A stretch of DNA of 63,920 nucleotides, filler included, from Olpidium bornovanus S191 (Eukaryota > Fungi > Olpidiomycota), in the NCBI GenBank assembly GCA_017911155.1. It is 32 parts of 32 records of this genome, joined end to end, with 100 filler letters (N's around TTAATTAATTAA, not from the genome) between each part and the next. Parts side by side here need not be neighbours in the genome. Positions count along the whole stretch, not along the records: positions 47,796 to 48,812 come from JAEFCI010008464.1; positions 48,913 to 50,067 come from JAEFCI010008442.1; positions 50,168 to 54,555 come from JAEFCI010003671.1; positions 54,656 to 56,603 come from JAEFCI010011564.1; positions 56,704 to 58,436 come from JAEFCI010000167.1; positions 58,537 to 60,311 come from JAEFCI010000693.1; 26 more parts are not named here. The stretch is one strand, 5' to 3'. A program made the translations under genes and the position numbers. Below the pieces are notes generated by a model that had not been told where the DNA came from, did not search any database, and was given only the letters and a program-made list of their open reading frames with translations. Position 1 is the stretch's first letter, and each line of letters begins with the position of its first letter. Shown in pieces: positions 48,450 through 60,411 of this stretch.

Positions 48450-49310
48450 TTTTGTCGTTCGCGCTGGGGGGGGGGTTGAAGCCTCTTTTTAAAGTTTGTT
48501 TACGTCTTGCTGTGGATCGGCGGGGGGGGGGGGGGGGGAAAAACCCCCCCCCCCCCCCCGCCCGCCCGCCCCCGATCCGCAGCAACTCCCCGCACACACA
48601 CGCGCAAACCGGCGCCACGAATCAGCGCCGCGCGCACTGACCATGGTAGTCTATCGACCTGTCGCGCGACTCGCGAGTTGTTTCGCTCCATTTCGCGGTC
48701 TGCGGCTGACCGCATGTTGTAAACGAAACAGGAACAGGCGACCCCCGAGCAGGTGGGGGCCCACCTCCTCGCCACGCTGGCGTGGGCGGCGGACCACGGC
48801 GTCGACCGCGCCNNNNNNNNNNNNNNNNNNNNNNNNNNNNNNNNNNNNNNNNNNNNTTAATTAATTAANNNNNNNNNNNNNNNNNNNNNNNNNNNNNNNN
48901 NNNNNNNNNNNNAACATGTCGCGCAAAGACAACCCACCGTCAAAAGGGTGGGGGAAAACCGGCACGTCGGATCTGAAAAAAAAAATTCAAAGATGGGCGT
49001 CAAAAATACGTCAGAATACTTCCTCTTCGTTTGACGCCAGCGTAACAAATCTCGAGCGCGTTAAAATGCTCTCTTTTCGGCGCGCGCGTTCCCGCCACGC
49101 CCCCCCCCCACCCCCCGAAAAGGGACCCTGCCAACCGATCTCCTAACCTGCCATGGCCACAACTACTCTGCCGACTTCATGTTTTCCTGTTCTCGATTTT
49201 CGTTTTTTTGGGACACGATCAGTTTCCGATCAACCGAAAGGGTATTTTGCCAACGGATTTTCTGGCCTGCCTACTCTGCTGACTTCATTTTTTTCCAATT
49301 CTTGATTTTC

Positions 49311-49345
<35 letters not shown>

Positions 49346-50549
49346 GGCACGCTCAGCTTCCGTAGTATGCAACCAGCCTAGACTCACCAATAACTTGCCG
49401 GGACGCCAGGTCTATCTCCTCTGTCGAAACATTGCTAACCTGCAAGGTTCTCTCCATTTCCTGTAAAGTTAAACATCCCGTACAAGAAATGGAAAGCAGA
49501 CCTTGAATATCTAAATTTTCCGTGAAGTTATAACCCGTTGAAGTTGCGGACCGTCAACTCGTTTTGTATGGGGCTGAGACAAAATTGATACACGTGACGT
49601 TATAGTAGTATTTTATGGGCAGATGTAGGCAGACACCGGTTTTTTGAGGGGAGCGGCGAAATTCCTTGTATAACTTTCCTGATTCCACTTCCCCTCGCGC
49701 TTCCGCTCTCCTCTTCGCCCTTCGCCCTTCCACTTCCCCTCGCTGTCATCCTAGGCGTCTGTTTTTTTTTTCACGGCGATAACGTTGGGCTGGGCTTTCC
49801 CCCCCCCCCCCCCCCCCACCCCCTCACAGATTGCTCGCGGGCAAAAAAAAGGGGAAAATTATTGGAGGAATCGACTGTCTTTTTTTTGTTTCTTTTCCTA
49901 CCGCCGTTTGTGAGACCGCGGGGGTGGGAGCGCTACGTAGGACTGATGATCGTTGATTTCTCGGAGGAGCGCCGGGACTTGTTTTTGTAATTTTTTTTTT
50001 CGGAACTCCGTTGCGGTTTGACGTGAGCGAATAAATTATCAGCGACAAAAAAGAAAAAAAAAAAAAANNNNNNNNNNNNNNNNNNNNNNNNNNNNNNNNN
50101 NNNNNNNNNNNTTAATTAATTAANNNNNNNNNNNNNNNNNNNNNNNNNNNNNNNNNNNNNNNNNNNNAAAAAAAAAAAAAAAATAAATAAAATAAAATAA
50201 AAATAAAAAACACCCGTCGACCGCGCAGAGCGCTAGAGTGGTGGGCCGGCGCAATCCCCCAACTCTGGTCCTCCGTTGCTTCTCAGCGGACTTTGGCCCG
50301 TCCTCCTCGCTTTCCCTGCTGCACGCGCCTCGTTCCCTTTCGCCGCGCCGCCCGGTCTCGGTCGGCGGGAGGAACTGGTAGCCCCGAGAATCGCGGGACC
50401 ATAGTCCGCGGCAGAGGAGGGCAGCAGTTGCTGCCCTTTTCTACCCCCGCGTAACCGCACCGCCGGTTGGCGGCAAGAGCTGGAGGCCGGGGACAGTAGC
50501 TCCCGCCCAGCAAGCGAGAGAGCAGGCCCCTGAACGCGGGTTTGGATAA

Positions 50550-50985
<436 letters not shown>

Positions 50986-52689
50986 CGAGCGGGAAAGGGA
51001 GGGGGGGGGGGAAGCGTGTGTTTTGCACACCCCCCCTGCCCCAATCGGGCAGGGTGAAAACGCCGTCGCGTTACCGATCCTGCTTTCCCGCCTATTTCCT
51101 GGGACTAGGACCGCACAGACACAACTCTACACACGGCAACCTTCCCCCCCCCATCCCTCCCTGTTTTGGCTGGAAACACGCAGCGCGACGCGCCGGGCGA
51201 GGCCACCAGGCGCACGCCACTTAGCCGCGGGGGGCGGAAGCTGAAGGGGACGCGACCCCGTCCCCTTGCCCCGCGGGCCTGCCTGAACCTGAACGGGGCG
51301 GAGGGGAGGGATGGGCCGGGTTCTAAGGCCGTCTGCCGGGTGGCCGTGCGTGGCGTGCCGCACGGAGGGCAGTAAGCCCTTTGCGGCTTTGAAAAAGCGG
51401 AAACTCGGTTCGTTTTCCTTCGATCCGGCTTTTCGCTAGCCGGCAATATTAGGATTCCTTAGAAAGGCAAGCATGCCGTTATTTGACATATTTACGCAAA
51501 AGAGAAAGTTTTCCATGGTCCGGAACCCCGCAAGCTATGGGTTTGTGGGGGGCCTGCCGCGAGGAGTGGGGAAAGGCGAAGGGGGGCGGGGGACAGGGCC
51601 CGGACCCCGTGCGGAGTTAGTCGACCCAAAACGGCGAATCCTGGAAATCCCGGTCCATTCCATGTCGGCCCTCCCGTGAGCGGGCATCGTATAAAAATCC
51701 GCAGGCGAAGGACATACACATTGCACGCGCGCTGGCCGCTGAAACAAAATAAAACTCGCACCTCTCTCGAGCAAGAGAGCCGCGCCGCGCGCCTGCTACT
51801 GTACCTCAACCCGGTCGCCCAATCTCCGCAGCTCCTCTTTGTCCAACCTCGTCCAGCGAAACTTTTTTTGTAGGCGCGCACGACGACCGTCGTCATTGTC
51901 TAAATTTCGGACCACAAAATCCGGGAAAAAAAGCGGGACCGATGCGCAGCCGCCGCAAAATTGATAAGTTGTTTGGGGGGGGGAGGGGGGAGGAGGGAGG
52001 GAAAAGCGGAAAGGGGGAGGAGGGGGGGTATGGGGTGTCGCTCGACTGACGAAGGCCGGCGCAGCCGCAGATCAGGAGGGAAGCGGGCTGTCGCGTCAAA
52101 AGGCGAGACGAAAAGCGCGCCGCCCGCAACGGAATGCGAAAGCTGTAACCTGCTGTGCGATCATCCTAATGGGGGCTAGGTGGGTGGGGGGGGGGAAGGG
52201 TATAGGTTGCGAGGAAAGCGGGGATTACTGTCGAAACATCTATCAACTACACCCGTGTGCATCTAGGTATACTGGAGATTGGATGATGACAGCTTTGGTC
52301 CTACGTAGTATGGAAAAAAAAACACCAAGGGCTACCCTCAAACCACATACGCAACGAGAGATTGCGCGTGGCGTACCTGACAAAAGAACCTGAAAAAGGA
52401 ATACATACCAAACCGGACAACTAATCGTCTCAGTTCACGGACACCCCGAAAACGTAGCCGACGCCGTAAGTGCCTTATCGCGCAAGGAGAGAAGAGCCAA
52501 CGACGGGAGAGAAGTTAGTTGTGACATTCGGGTGCCGGCAGCACTGTAACCGAGCGGCGCCCCAAAATCACAGAGCACGAGGGAAGCATACCGGCCATCG
52601 CCAACTACGAGCAACCACAAAAGGAAAATGAAATAAGGGATCAACACGCGGCGCGAGCAGTCAGTCAAAGCGCCCAGCATGCCAATGCT

Positions 52690-54387
52690 TCCCATAAATG
52701 AACTAATGTACAGTCCAGACGATGTACGCACCCAGCCGCCGCACAAAACCCTCAAAGCGGCGCGAAGCTTGGGAGCTCCACCTGTCCATCCGGAATATAG
52801 TGTGCAGCGGAAATTTGTCAATTGGCCACCCGGGCGCCCTCTGGAAGCCAGAGAACCGCCAGCCAAAAGAAAACCTCACCAAGCACAGCACCGACGACGC
52901 CGAACGTTGCTAATGCTAGTGACGCGACAACGGTGACAGAGGTGACCCGGAGGACGTAGTCCTGGAAAATCAGGGCGGCGGCGAGCGGCAAGAGCGCGCC
53001 GACGGCGAAAGCGGAGGCGGACGCTGCGGCGGCCTGGATCGGGTTGGACATCTCGTCCGTGTCAATGCCCATCTCGTCCCGGATATGCACCTTGACGATC
53101 TCGTCCAGGTCGCATTTTGCGTGCAATTCCTCGGCTACCCGCCGTGCGAGCTCCTCGCTGAGGCCACGAGTCACGTAGACCTCTTGAAGGGGCAAAAGTA
53201 CACAACCGTGGTGGGTAAGTATGAGATCAGGCTACAGAGCGTCCCCGTCAGTTTTCCCGCCGATTCACGGTAAACGAAAACAGGTTTAAGTCAAAAACAA
53301 ACAAAATAATCAACGGAAAGGGAAAAAAGGAGAACGAAGAGACGAAACGGAAAGCAAGGAATCATCCCCCACCTTCCTCGCCCCCACTCCCTTTCGCAAG
53401 ATAGGCAACAAAAAATAAAATAATCGCGTTTTTTGGGATGGCGAAATCCTTTCCGCCCTTATCACTTTTGGGTATCTCCCGGCTCTTTCGCGCCCTTCGG
53501 CCGCACGTCCCACCCAACCCCGCCCCCTCCCCCCCGCGGGAGGGAAAACGTACCTGCAAGCTCCTCCATTTCCTTGGCAACGTGTTCGGGCCCCTTGAGA
53601 AACTCCTCGCGCTCTCTCCTAATGTCGGACTCCTCGGCGTCCTTTTGGCTGTGCACGCTCACGAACTCGCCGCAGGCCATGGAAAGAGCCCCGCCGACGA
53701 GGCCGGCTACGCCGGCGAGGATCATGCGGTGGAAGTCTGCGTCCGCCGCAGCAATGCCGAGCATGAGGGACGTGGTGGAAACGAGGCCATCGTTGGCACC
53801 GAGGACCGCGGCGCGGAGCCTGGAAGTTCGCGCGGGGAGGGGGAGGGGGGAGAGGGGGTGGTAGGCAAGGCAGAGAGGCGGCAGATCGGCTTAGTCCGCC
53901 GCGCGGTTCAAAGGTCGCGTCCACACAGCCCGTACCCACCGGGGAGGGTGGTGGTGGTGATGGCGAGCCAGGCGGGGTTTTACGTCGGGGTTTCCTGGCG
54001 CGGCTTGGCTCGGCTCGACTCAGCTGCGCTCCAAACGCAGAAGAGCGGGCGATGCGAGGCGCGCGACGGGGGAAAGGGCGCGGGGAAACTGAGGTAGGCG
54101 CGGGAAAGGGGGGCGGGCAAGTCTTTTTTCATTCCTTCGGCCGCCGAACGCGGGGCTGCTTACCACGGGGACCTGTGCGAGTAGTGCTCGTGCCCGAACG
54201 GCGGCGAGTTCTCCACCTCCTCCTCTTCCCGATCTCCCGCGCCGGCAACGTTCACCTGCTGCTGCTGGCCGTCGACGACAACCACGGTGACGTCACCTCC
54301 CCTGGCGGCAGCTTCACGCGGGAGAAGCGGGGAGCGTTCCGACGCGGCGGCGGCGGCGGCGGCGGCGGAAGGAGCGGAGGACGACAT
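52690..54387 (-). CDS. CCC1: Vacuolar iron/manganese transporter VIT1/Ccc1 family
   Basis: HYSHRSPW|LRAAVLGANDGLVSTTSLMLG...GALSMACGEFVSVHSQKDAE...SNPIQAAAASASAF...GAPKLRAALRVLCGGW. The last exon boundary is approximate. Confidence 0.95.
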
Positions 54388-54488
54388 TTACCGGAGTGCA
54401 CGATTGACCCTTTTCTCCTCGTCCCCCAGACCGAGTTTCCTGTGGCCAACGCCCGAGTTCGCGCAAAAGGGGTTGCAGCAGCACAATG

Positions 54489-54522
<34 letters not shown>

Positions 54523-54775
54523 CCCCCACCCGCCCCCCCCCCCCCCCCCCCCCCCNNNNNNNNNNNNNNNNNNNNNNNNNNNNNNNNNNNNNNNNNNNNT
54601 TAATTAATTAANNNNNNNNNNNNNNNNNNNNNNNNNNNNNNNNNNNNNNNNNNNNCGTTCGGGTACGTCGGGGGGGGGGCTTGGGCTTTCCGCGGAAATG
54701 GGCGGAGAAGGGCGGCTGCGGTGTAGTCCTCTACCTCCCGACGTTTTCTTTTCTTCTTTCCTTTTTTTTGGCAGG

Positions 54776-54822
<47 letters not shown>

Positions 54823-54844
54823 TTCCCCCCTCTCCCACCAACGC

Positions 54845-56293
54845 TACCGGAAGTTCGTGCAGCGACACCGCCTTTCGGACGGCCGCGTCCACCCGGGTCT
54901 CGTTGGGCAGGGGGGAGGGAGATCCGTGGGTGAACCCGGGAAACTCTGCGTGCTACGCGGGGCGTTAAGTTCGGGGGGAGGGGGGAAAGGAGGAGAGACC
55001 GCGGGCCGTTTGCCCGGCCTTCCCTGATAGGTAAGCAGAATTCGGCCAGGCAAAAAAAAACCCCCCGAGTATGGTGGGGGAGGGGGGGGGGATACGGAAC
55101 GCCCACCTCGAGCATCTGCGCCCGGAGCTTCATCTCCTTGTCCGCCTCCATCTTCCGCATCCGCTCGAGCCGCATCTTTGCCTCCTTGAGCGTCATTTTC
55201 GGCGGCAGGTTCACCTCGGTAATGAAGGTGTCTGAGACAGAGCGGGGATGCGCGGCCGCGTCCCGTTGAGACGGTGGAAGAACTGGGGGACGGGACGGAA
55301 CGTGCCAAAAATATAGAAACCCCCCCCCCCCCCCTTTCCCCGGCCTCGTGGGATCCCCGCCCCGGGGGCCCCGGGGGAGTCCGGCGCGGACAGGGAAGCT
55401 GACCAGATCCCGGCTTGGGCGCCTCGGCGGCGGGGCCTGGAATCTTCTTAGAGGGGGACAGGATGCGGTTCCGCGTGGGCATCCCGGCCGCGGGAGGCGC
55501 CGCTTGGGCATTCGGCGGCAGCTCCGGCGACGCTGCCGCCCGGGCGTCCGGCTGGGGGCCGGCGTCGGCCGCGTCGTCAAAGGCCAGGTCGATGCCCTCG
55601 GGCGCATCGCCGAGGCGCAGCTTGAACGCCAGCGCGGTGACGCGTTCGGACAGCGCGTCCAAGGACTCGGCCCCGAGGTCTGCCGTGTCAGCGCGGCGAA
55701 GAGATTTTCGGGGGTCGGGAGGGGCCCGGGACGGCAAGGGAAAAAAGAGGAAGACGGGGGGGGAAGCGAGGACGAGCGCCGGAAACGTCGGGCCGGGGCG
55801 AAAACGGCCGGGATCAGAGGATCCGTCCTCGAGTCCGGAGGATCGCTCCTGAGCAGCGCCGGGCGGGGCGCGCTTCGGCCCACGCACCCACGTCTCGCCT
55901 CATTTCCTCGCGCACCGCCGACGGCGGGCCGTCCGGGTCCCGTGCCGCTGCGGCGTCGGCCGCCGGCGGCGGCCCTGGTTCGGCGGGGCCGTCGTCCGGC
56001 GGCGGCCGCAGAGTGCCCCTCCTGCTGCTCGCGATCAGCGCGGCCATCCTTGCGCCCCTGGCCTCCGGGCTCGGCTGCGGCCGCGCGATGACGTCCGCCG
56101 GCGAGACGACCGGCACCTCGGCGGCGGCCGCGTCCACGACGGGCCAGGCGGCCCTCTCCTCCTCGACCGCGGACGCCGGCCCGCTCCCGTCCGGCCCGCA
56201 CCCGCGGCCGTCGGCGGCGAGCTGGGCGAACAGCTCGTCGGACGTGGTAGGAGGCCGGGAGACCCGCCGCGAGGCCGACCGCTCGGCGGCCAT
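54845..56293 (-). CDS. Hypothetical multi-exon protein with coiled coil, 3'-partial
   Basis: ATG at 56293 and GT-AG-bounded exons LGAESLDALSERVTALAFKLRLG..., TFITEVNLPPKMTLKEAKMRLERMRKMEADKEMKLRAQMLE and TRVDAAVRKAVSLHELP. Confidence 0.6.
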
Positions 56294-56553
56294 TGGTTTT
56301 TTTTATTATTTTTTTTTTCCTTGTCAATGCGAGGAAACGGCGCCCCGCGTGCGCGGGTTTTTGTTTTCTCTGTTCGATTTCGCGTACGCCGAAAAAGAGA
56401 GAAAGAGAGATAGAGAGAGCGAAGGAAAAAAAGAAGAAGAAGAAGAAAAGACGGAAAAGACGGGCGGGGGGCTCCCGGACGCCGGCCCGACTTGGGGTTG
56501 TTGCCGGGCGGAGGGCGCTTTCCCCTCCCCCTCCCCCGCGCGCGTCCGAAATC

Positions 56554-56586
<33 letters not shown>

Positions 56587-56874
56587 CGGGGGGGGGGGGC
56601 CGCNNNNNNNNNNNNNNNNNNNNNNNNNNNNNNNNNNNNNNNNNNNNTTAATTAATTAANNNNNNNNNNNNNNNNNNNNNNNNNNNNNNNNNNNNNNNNN
56701 NNNCCCCGGGGGGGGGGGGGCCCCCCCCAAACCCCGCTGGGCGGGGGCGGGGGCGGGCCAGGGGCCCCCGGGAATTTTAAGCCAAAAAGGGCGGGGGAAA
56801 CCCCCCCAAAAACCCCCCCCCCCCCCCCCCCCCACGGTCGCGCGCAATACAGCGGCAGAGGCCCGCGTCGCTAC

Positions 56875-57844
56875 CTTTGATCCTCGTCTTCAGCGCGTCC
56901 ATGATGACCCTCGTCTCCTCCGTGAGGTTGTCCACCTGCCTCTGGGCGGCTCGTCCTATGCCCACGTGCCCGCCGTACCCGTCGTCTTCAAACTGCGGCG
57001 CGCGGATATCCTCCAGTCTAGTGACGTTGTCCTTGACCCGTTTGAGCATGTCGTTGATGGTGCTGACCTCCTTGAAGAAGACGTCAGTGTCCTCCACCGT
57101 CGAGGCTGGCTGCGGCGGCATCTTAAACGCCGGTGCTGCCGGCGCGTATCCGCTGCCGGCGGAGGAGCTCTGGCCGCTGGACCGATAGTCGCGCCGCGGC
57201 GGATTGGCTCTGCCCGGCTGCGAAGCCATCCTCCGACCGGAACTCGCTTCTCTGCCCCGGGTGTTCCTGTCCCTGGAGTACCCGTCGTCGCCATAACCCC
57301 CACCGCCGCCGTCGTCGCCGCCGCCGCCGCCTCCGGGGCCGTAGCCCCGGCCACCTCCGTAGCCCCTGCCGCCGCGGTCGGCGCTCCTGCCGCCGCCGTA
57401 ACCGCCGCCGTCTCCGTCGCCGTATCTGCGGTCGTTCTGGTTTTGCAGCGGTATATATTCGTTCCTACCCGCTTGCCGAGTCCTCGCGCGCGGCGGGCTC
57501 TGACGAGCATTTTTTTTTTTTTGGTTTTTTTTTTTTGGGTAAACGAGGACGGGATAAAAAGGGCCAAGAGTTCGACGACCGCGAAACGGCAACTAATCTC
57601 AGCGGCCCGCTGGCGGGGTGGCGCGCGCATAACGTGGAGTAAAGGCAATCCCGGTTCGCGGCCGTAATGCGGACCGACGGGCCGGCGGAAGGGGGACACG
57701 GGTTTCCTCCCGATAAAAGCGGATCAAGATTATTTTTTTTTTCGGCGAGAGCCGGTATGCCCCACGTTTTCCCTCTGGTCTGCGGGAGGTGTGGGGGACG
57801 AGGGAAGGACTCACGTTCAAATCTGCCAGGCGATCTCGGGACAT
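56875..57844 (-). CDS. SSO1: Plasma-membrane syntaxin (Sso/Psy1 type), N-peptide and Habc, 3'-partial
   Basis: N-peptide MSRDRLADL, then an intron; Habc helices FFKEVSTINDMLKRVKDNVTRLEDI...QVDNLTEETRVIMDALKTRIK. Confidence 0.85.
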
Positions 57845-58087
57845 GGCAAGCGACGTCGGGCCCGGCCCCAGGCTCTTGGACCGCCTCGGAGCCCGGTGTT
57901 GGACGAAAGGCCGAACCGGGGGAGGGCGGTAAAACGTCCCTCTCGGCGCTCGCAGACCTCGGCAGACCAGCGGGATCCAGAGGAGCGGGGACCTTTGCCC
58001 CCCTGCGATCTAACGAGGGGGGCGTGGGGCGGCCCTGGGACGGAAAACGAGAGCGGATTCTCTGTTCCCGCAGGGCGGTTCCGGCTG

Positions 58088-58252
58088 GGCGGGCGAGAGC
58101 AGAGAGAAGAGAACAGAGAGAGAGAGAGCAGAAAGAAGAGAGATAGAGAGCAAAGAGAGACCAGAGAGGAGAGAGACCAGAGAGAGACCAGAGAGGAGAG
58201 AGAGAGAGAGAGAGAGAGTGAGTGAGACCAGAAAGAGAGAGAAAGCAGAGAG
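58088..58252. repeat. Purine-rich (GA)n-type low-complexity tract upstream of the syntaxin
   Basis: AGAGAG/AGAGACC units seen directly. Confidence 0.85.
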
Positions 58253-58631
58253 CGGAGAGTGGACGCGCGCACTCAGGACGAGGGACGGAGCGGGCGGCGA
58301 GACCCTCACGGGTACGGCGTGGGGTGGGGGGAAATGTTTTCCCCGCCGGGAAGTGAGCGTGCGTGAGAAGGTGGGGTTTGATTTTTTTTTTTTTTTTTTT
58401 TTTTTGGGGGGGGGGGGGGGGGCCCCGGGGGGGGGANNNNNNNNNNNNNNNNNNNNNNNNNNNNNNNNNNNNNNNNNNNNTTAATTAATTAANNNNNNNN
58501 NNNNNNNNNNNNNNNNNNNNNNNNNNNNNNNNNNNNCATGAGCTGCATCGGAGGTGCCGGAGAAGCCTTGGGCCTTAACGAGTGACTGCCCTTTCCAATT
58601 GAATTACAAAAGTGATACAACTATGCGTCAA

Positions 58632-58648
58632 ACACACTCACTCACTCA

Positions 58649-58681
<33 letters not shown>

Positions 58682-58778
58682 GCACAATCACACACACACA
58701 CACACACTCACTCACTCACTCACTCACTCACTCACTCACTCACTCACTCACTCACTCACTCACTCACTCACTCACACA
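58632..58778. repeat. Compound (CACT)n/(CA)n microsatellite
   Basis: Seen directly. Confidence 0.97.
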
Positions 58779-58914
58779 GATGCGCACGTCGACAATCCTG
58801 AACGCACTGATCCTGCGCGAGAGCGCCTCTGTCAGAAGCCACCAGGGGAGTACTCGCCGTAGATATGGAAGGCAGCAGCGAAAGATGAAATGACAAATGA
58901 AAAAATGAAAACCA

Positions 58915-59380
58915 ACGGCCGCAAAAAGAAAACGAAATAGCCGGCGGCCACAGAGAAATTGAAATACCGCAGGCTGCCGCAAAGAAAATGAAGAACGCTG
59001 GCGGCCGCAAACATAAAAATTAAGAACTCCGGCGGCCGCAAACATAAAATAAAGGACGCCGGCCGTCACAAAAAGAAAAAGTACTGCAGGCGCAAAAAAA
59101 AGAGATCGAGAGGACTGTACGGCAACCGCCCCAAAGAAAAAATTCATCCGGCTGCCGCAACCAAAAGTAAAAGAATAAAAGAGATAGAAAGAGAGAGAAA
59201 TGGCCGGCAACCGCCGCAAAGGAAAAATTCAGCCGGCTGCTGGTGCAAAAAAAAAAAAAAAAAAAAAAAACGACAAAACAGTACAGGCTGTCGGAAAAGA
59301 AAAAATTACGCCGGCGGCCGCAAAGAGTAAAGTAGTCGGTGGCCGCAAAAAAAAAAAAAAAAAAAATACGCCGGCGGCTA
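58915..59380. repeat. Degenerate ~30-bp minisatellite: CCGGCGGCCGC core plus A-rich linker
   Basis: About 14 units, e.g. GGCGGCCGCAAACATAAAATT, GGCGGCCGCAAACATAAAATA, GGCGGCCGCAAAGAG. Confidence 0.85.
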
Positions 59381-60042
59381 TCGCCTGTAACCACACGGCA
59401 ATTTTGTCTGGTTTAGACCCGATTCGAACAGCGAAATAATTAGAAACTCTCCTAGTTAATGTAGCTCTCCCCTCTGCATTTATCCGGGCTTGGGACCGGT
59501 CCCGGCACGAAGGCACGGGAGCTGCATTAAAAAAGACCTCCCCTGGAGAAGATGCTTTCCAAAGGGAGCGATTATTTATTTATTTTTTTTGGCAGCCGGA
59601 GGAGGTGAAGACCCTCCCCCAGCCACCCCAAAAATAAACCCCTCGCCCGACCGGGGATGGGCCCGGCGGACAAGGGGGGCGAGCCAACCGGGGATGGGCC
59701 CGGCAGCTCGGAAGTTTGCGCACAAGGTTCCCAATCCTCCCGCTAAAAGCGTGCTCCCTTGTAGAGCACCATTGGTCCCAACAGGCCAGGAACCTCCGGT
59801 GCAATACTCGGGAGCCGGCCGCCGCAGGCTACGGGGCCGTGCTCCTCGCGGTCGGATCCGTTTCACGCAACAGGAGATTCGGCGCCGAAAGAACGCCAGA
59901 AAGCAGCGCACCAACGTCGCCGCGAGAGACCCGGTCACACGCACGCAGAAGCGCCCGGAACTCACCGCAAACGAGACACAGGGAAGGGAGGTTTTAGGGA
60001 AATCACCCCTTTGGACCAGAGGGGTTTTGGGAAATCACCCCC

Positions 60043-60311
60043 TCACGCGCTGCCGGGCCGGCGCCGCTCGAACGCTCGCACGCTCTGCAGCAACCGGTCA
60101 GCCTCGCGCACCGCCTCATCGTAGGCGCGCTTGGCTGCGAGGGCGGACTCGCGGTGGGCGTAATCACCCGATTCCGCGGCCCGGGCTTCAGCCTTGCAGG
60201 CTTCGCGCCAGGCGGCTTGCGCCGCCTCCCTCGCCGAACAGGCGATGACCCTCTGTTCCATAAGCTCCCAGTCCCAGAACGCGCCCTGGTGGCGGACATA
60301 CCAGTCGGGCG
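60043..60311 (-). CDS. C-terminal fragment of an Ala/Arg/Glu-rich helical ORF, possibly TE-borne
   Basis: PDWYVRHQGAFWDWELMEQRVIACSAREAAQAAWREACKAEARAAE...RRRPGSA*. Intronless, and lies in a repeat-rich contig. Confidence 0.45.
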
Positions 60312-60411
60312 NNNNNNNNNNNNNNNNNNNNNNNNNNNNNNNNNNNNNNNNNNNNTTAATTAATTAANNNNNNNNNNNNNNNNNNNNNNNNNNNNNNNNN
60401 NNNNNNNNNNN

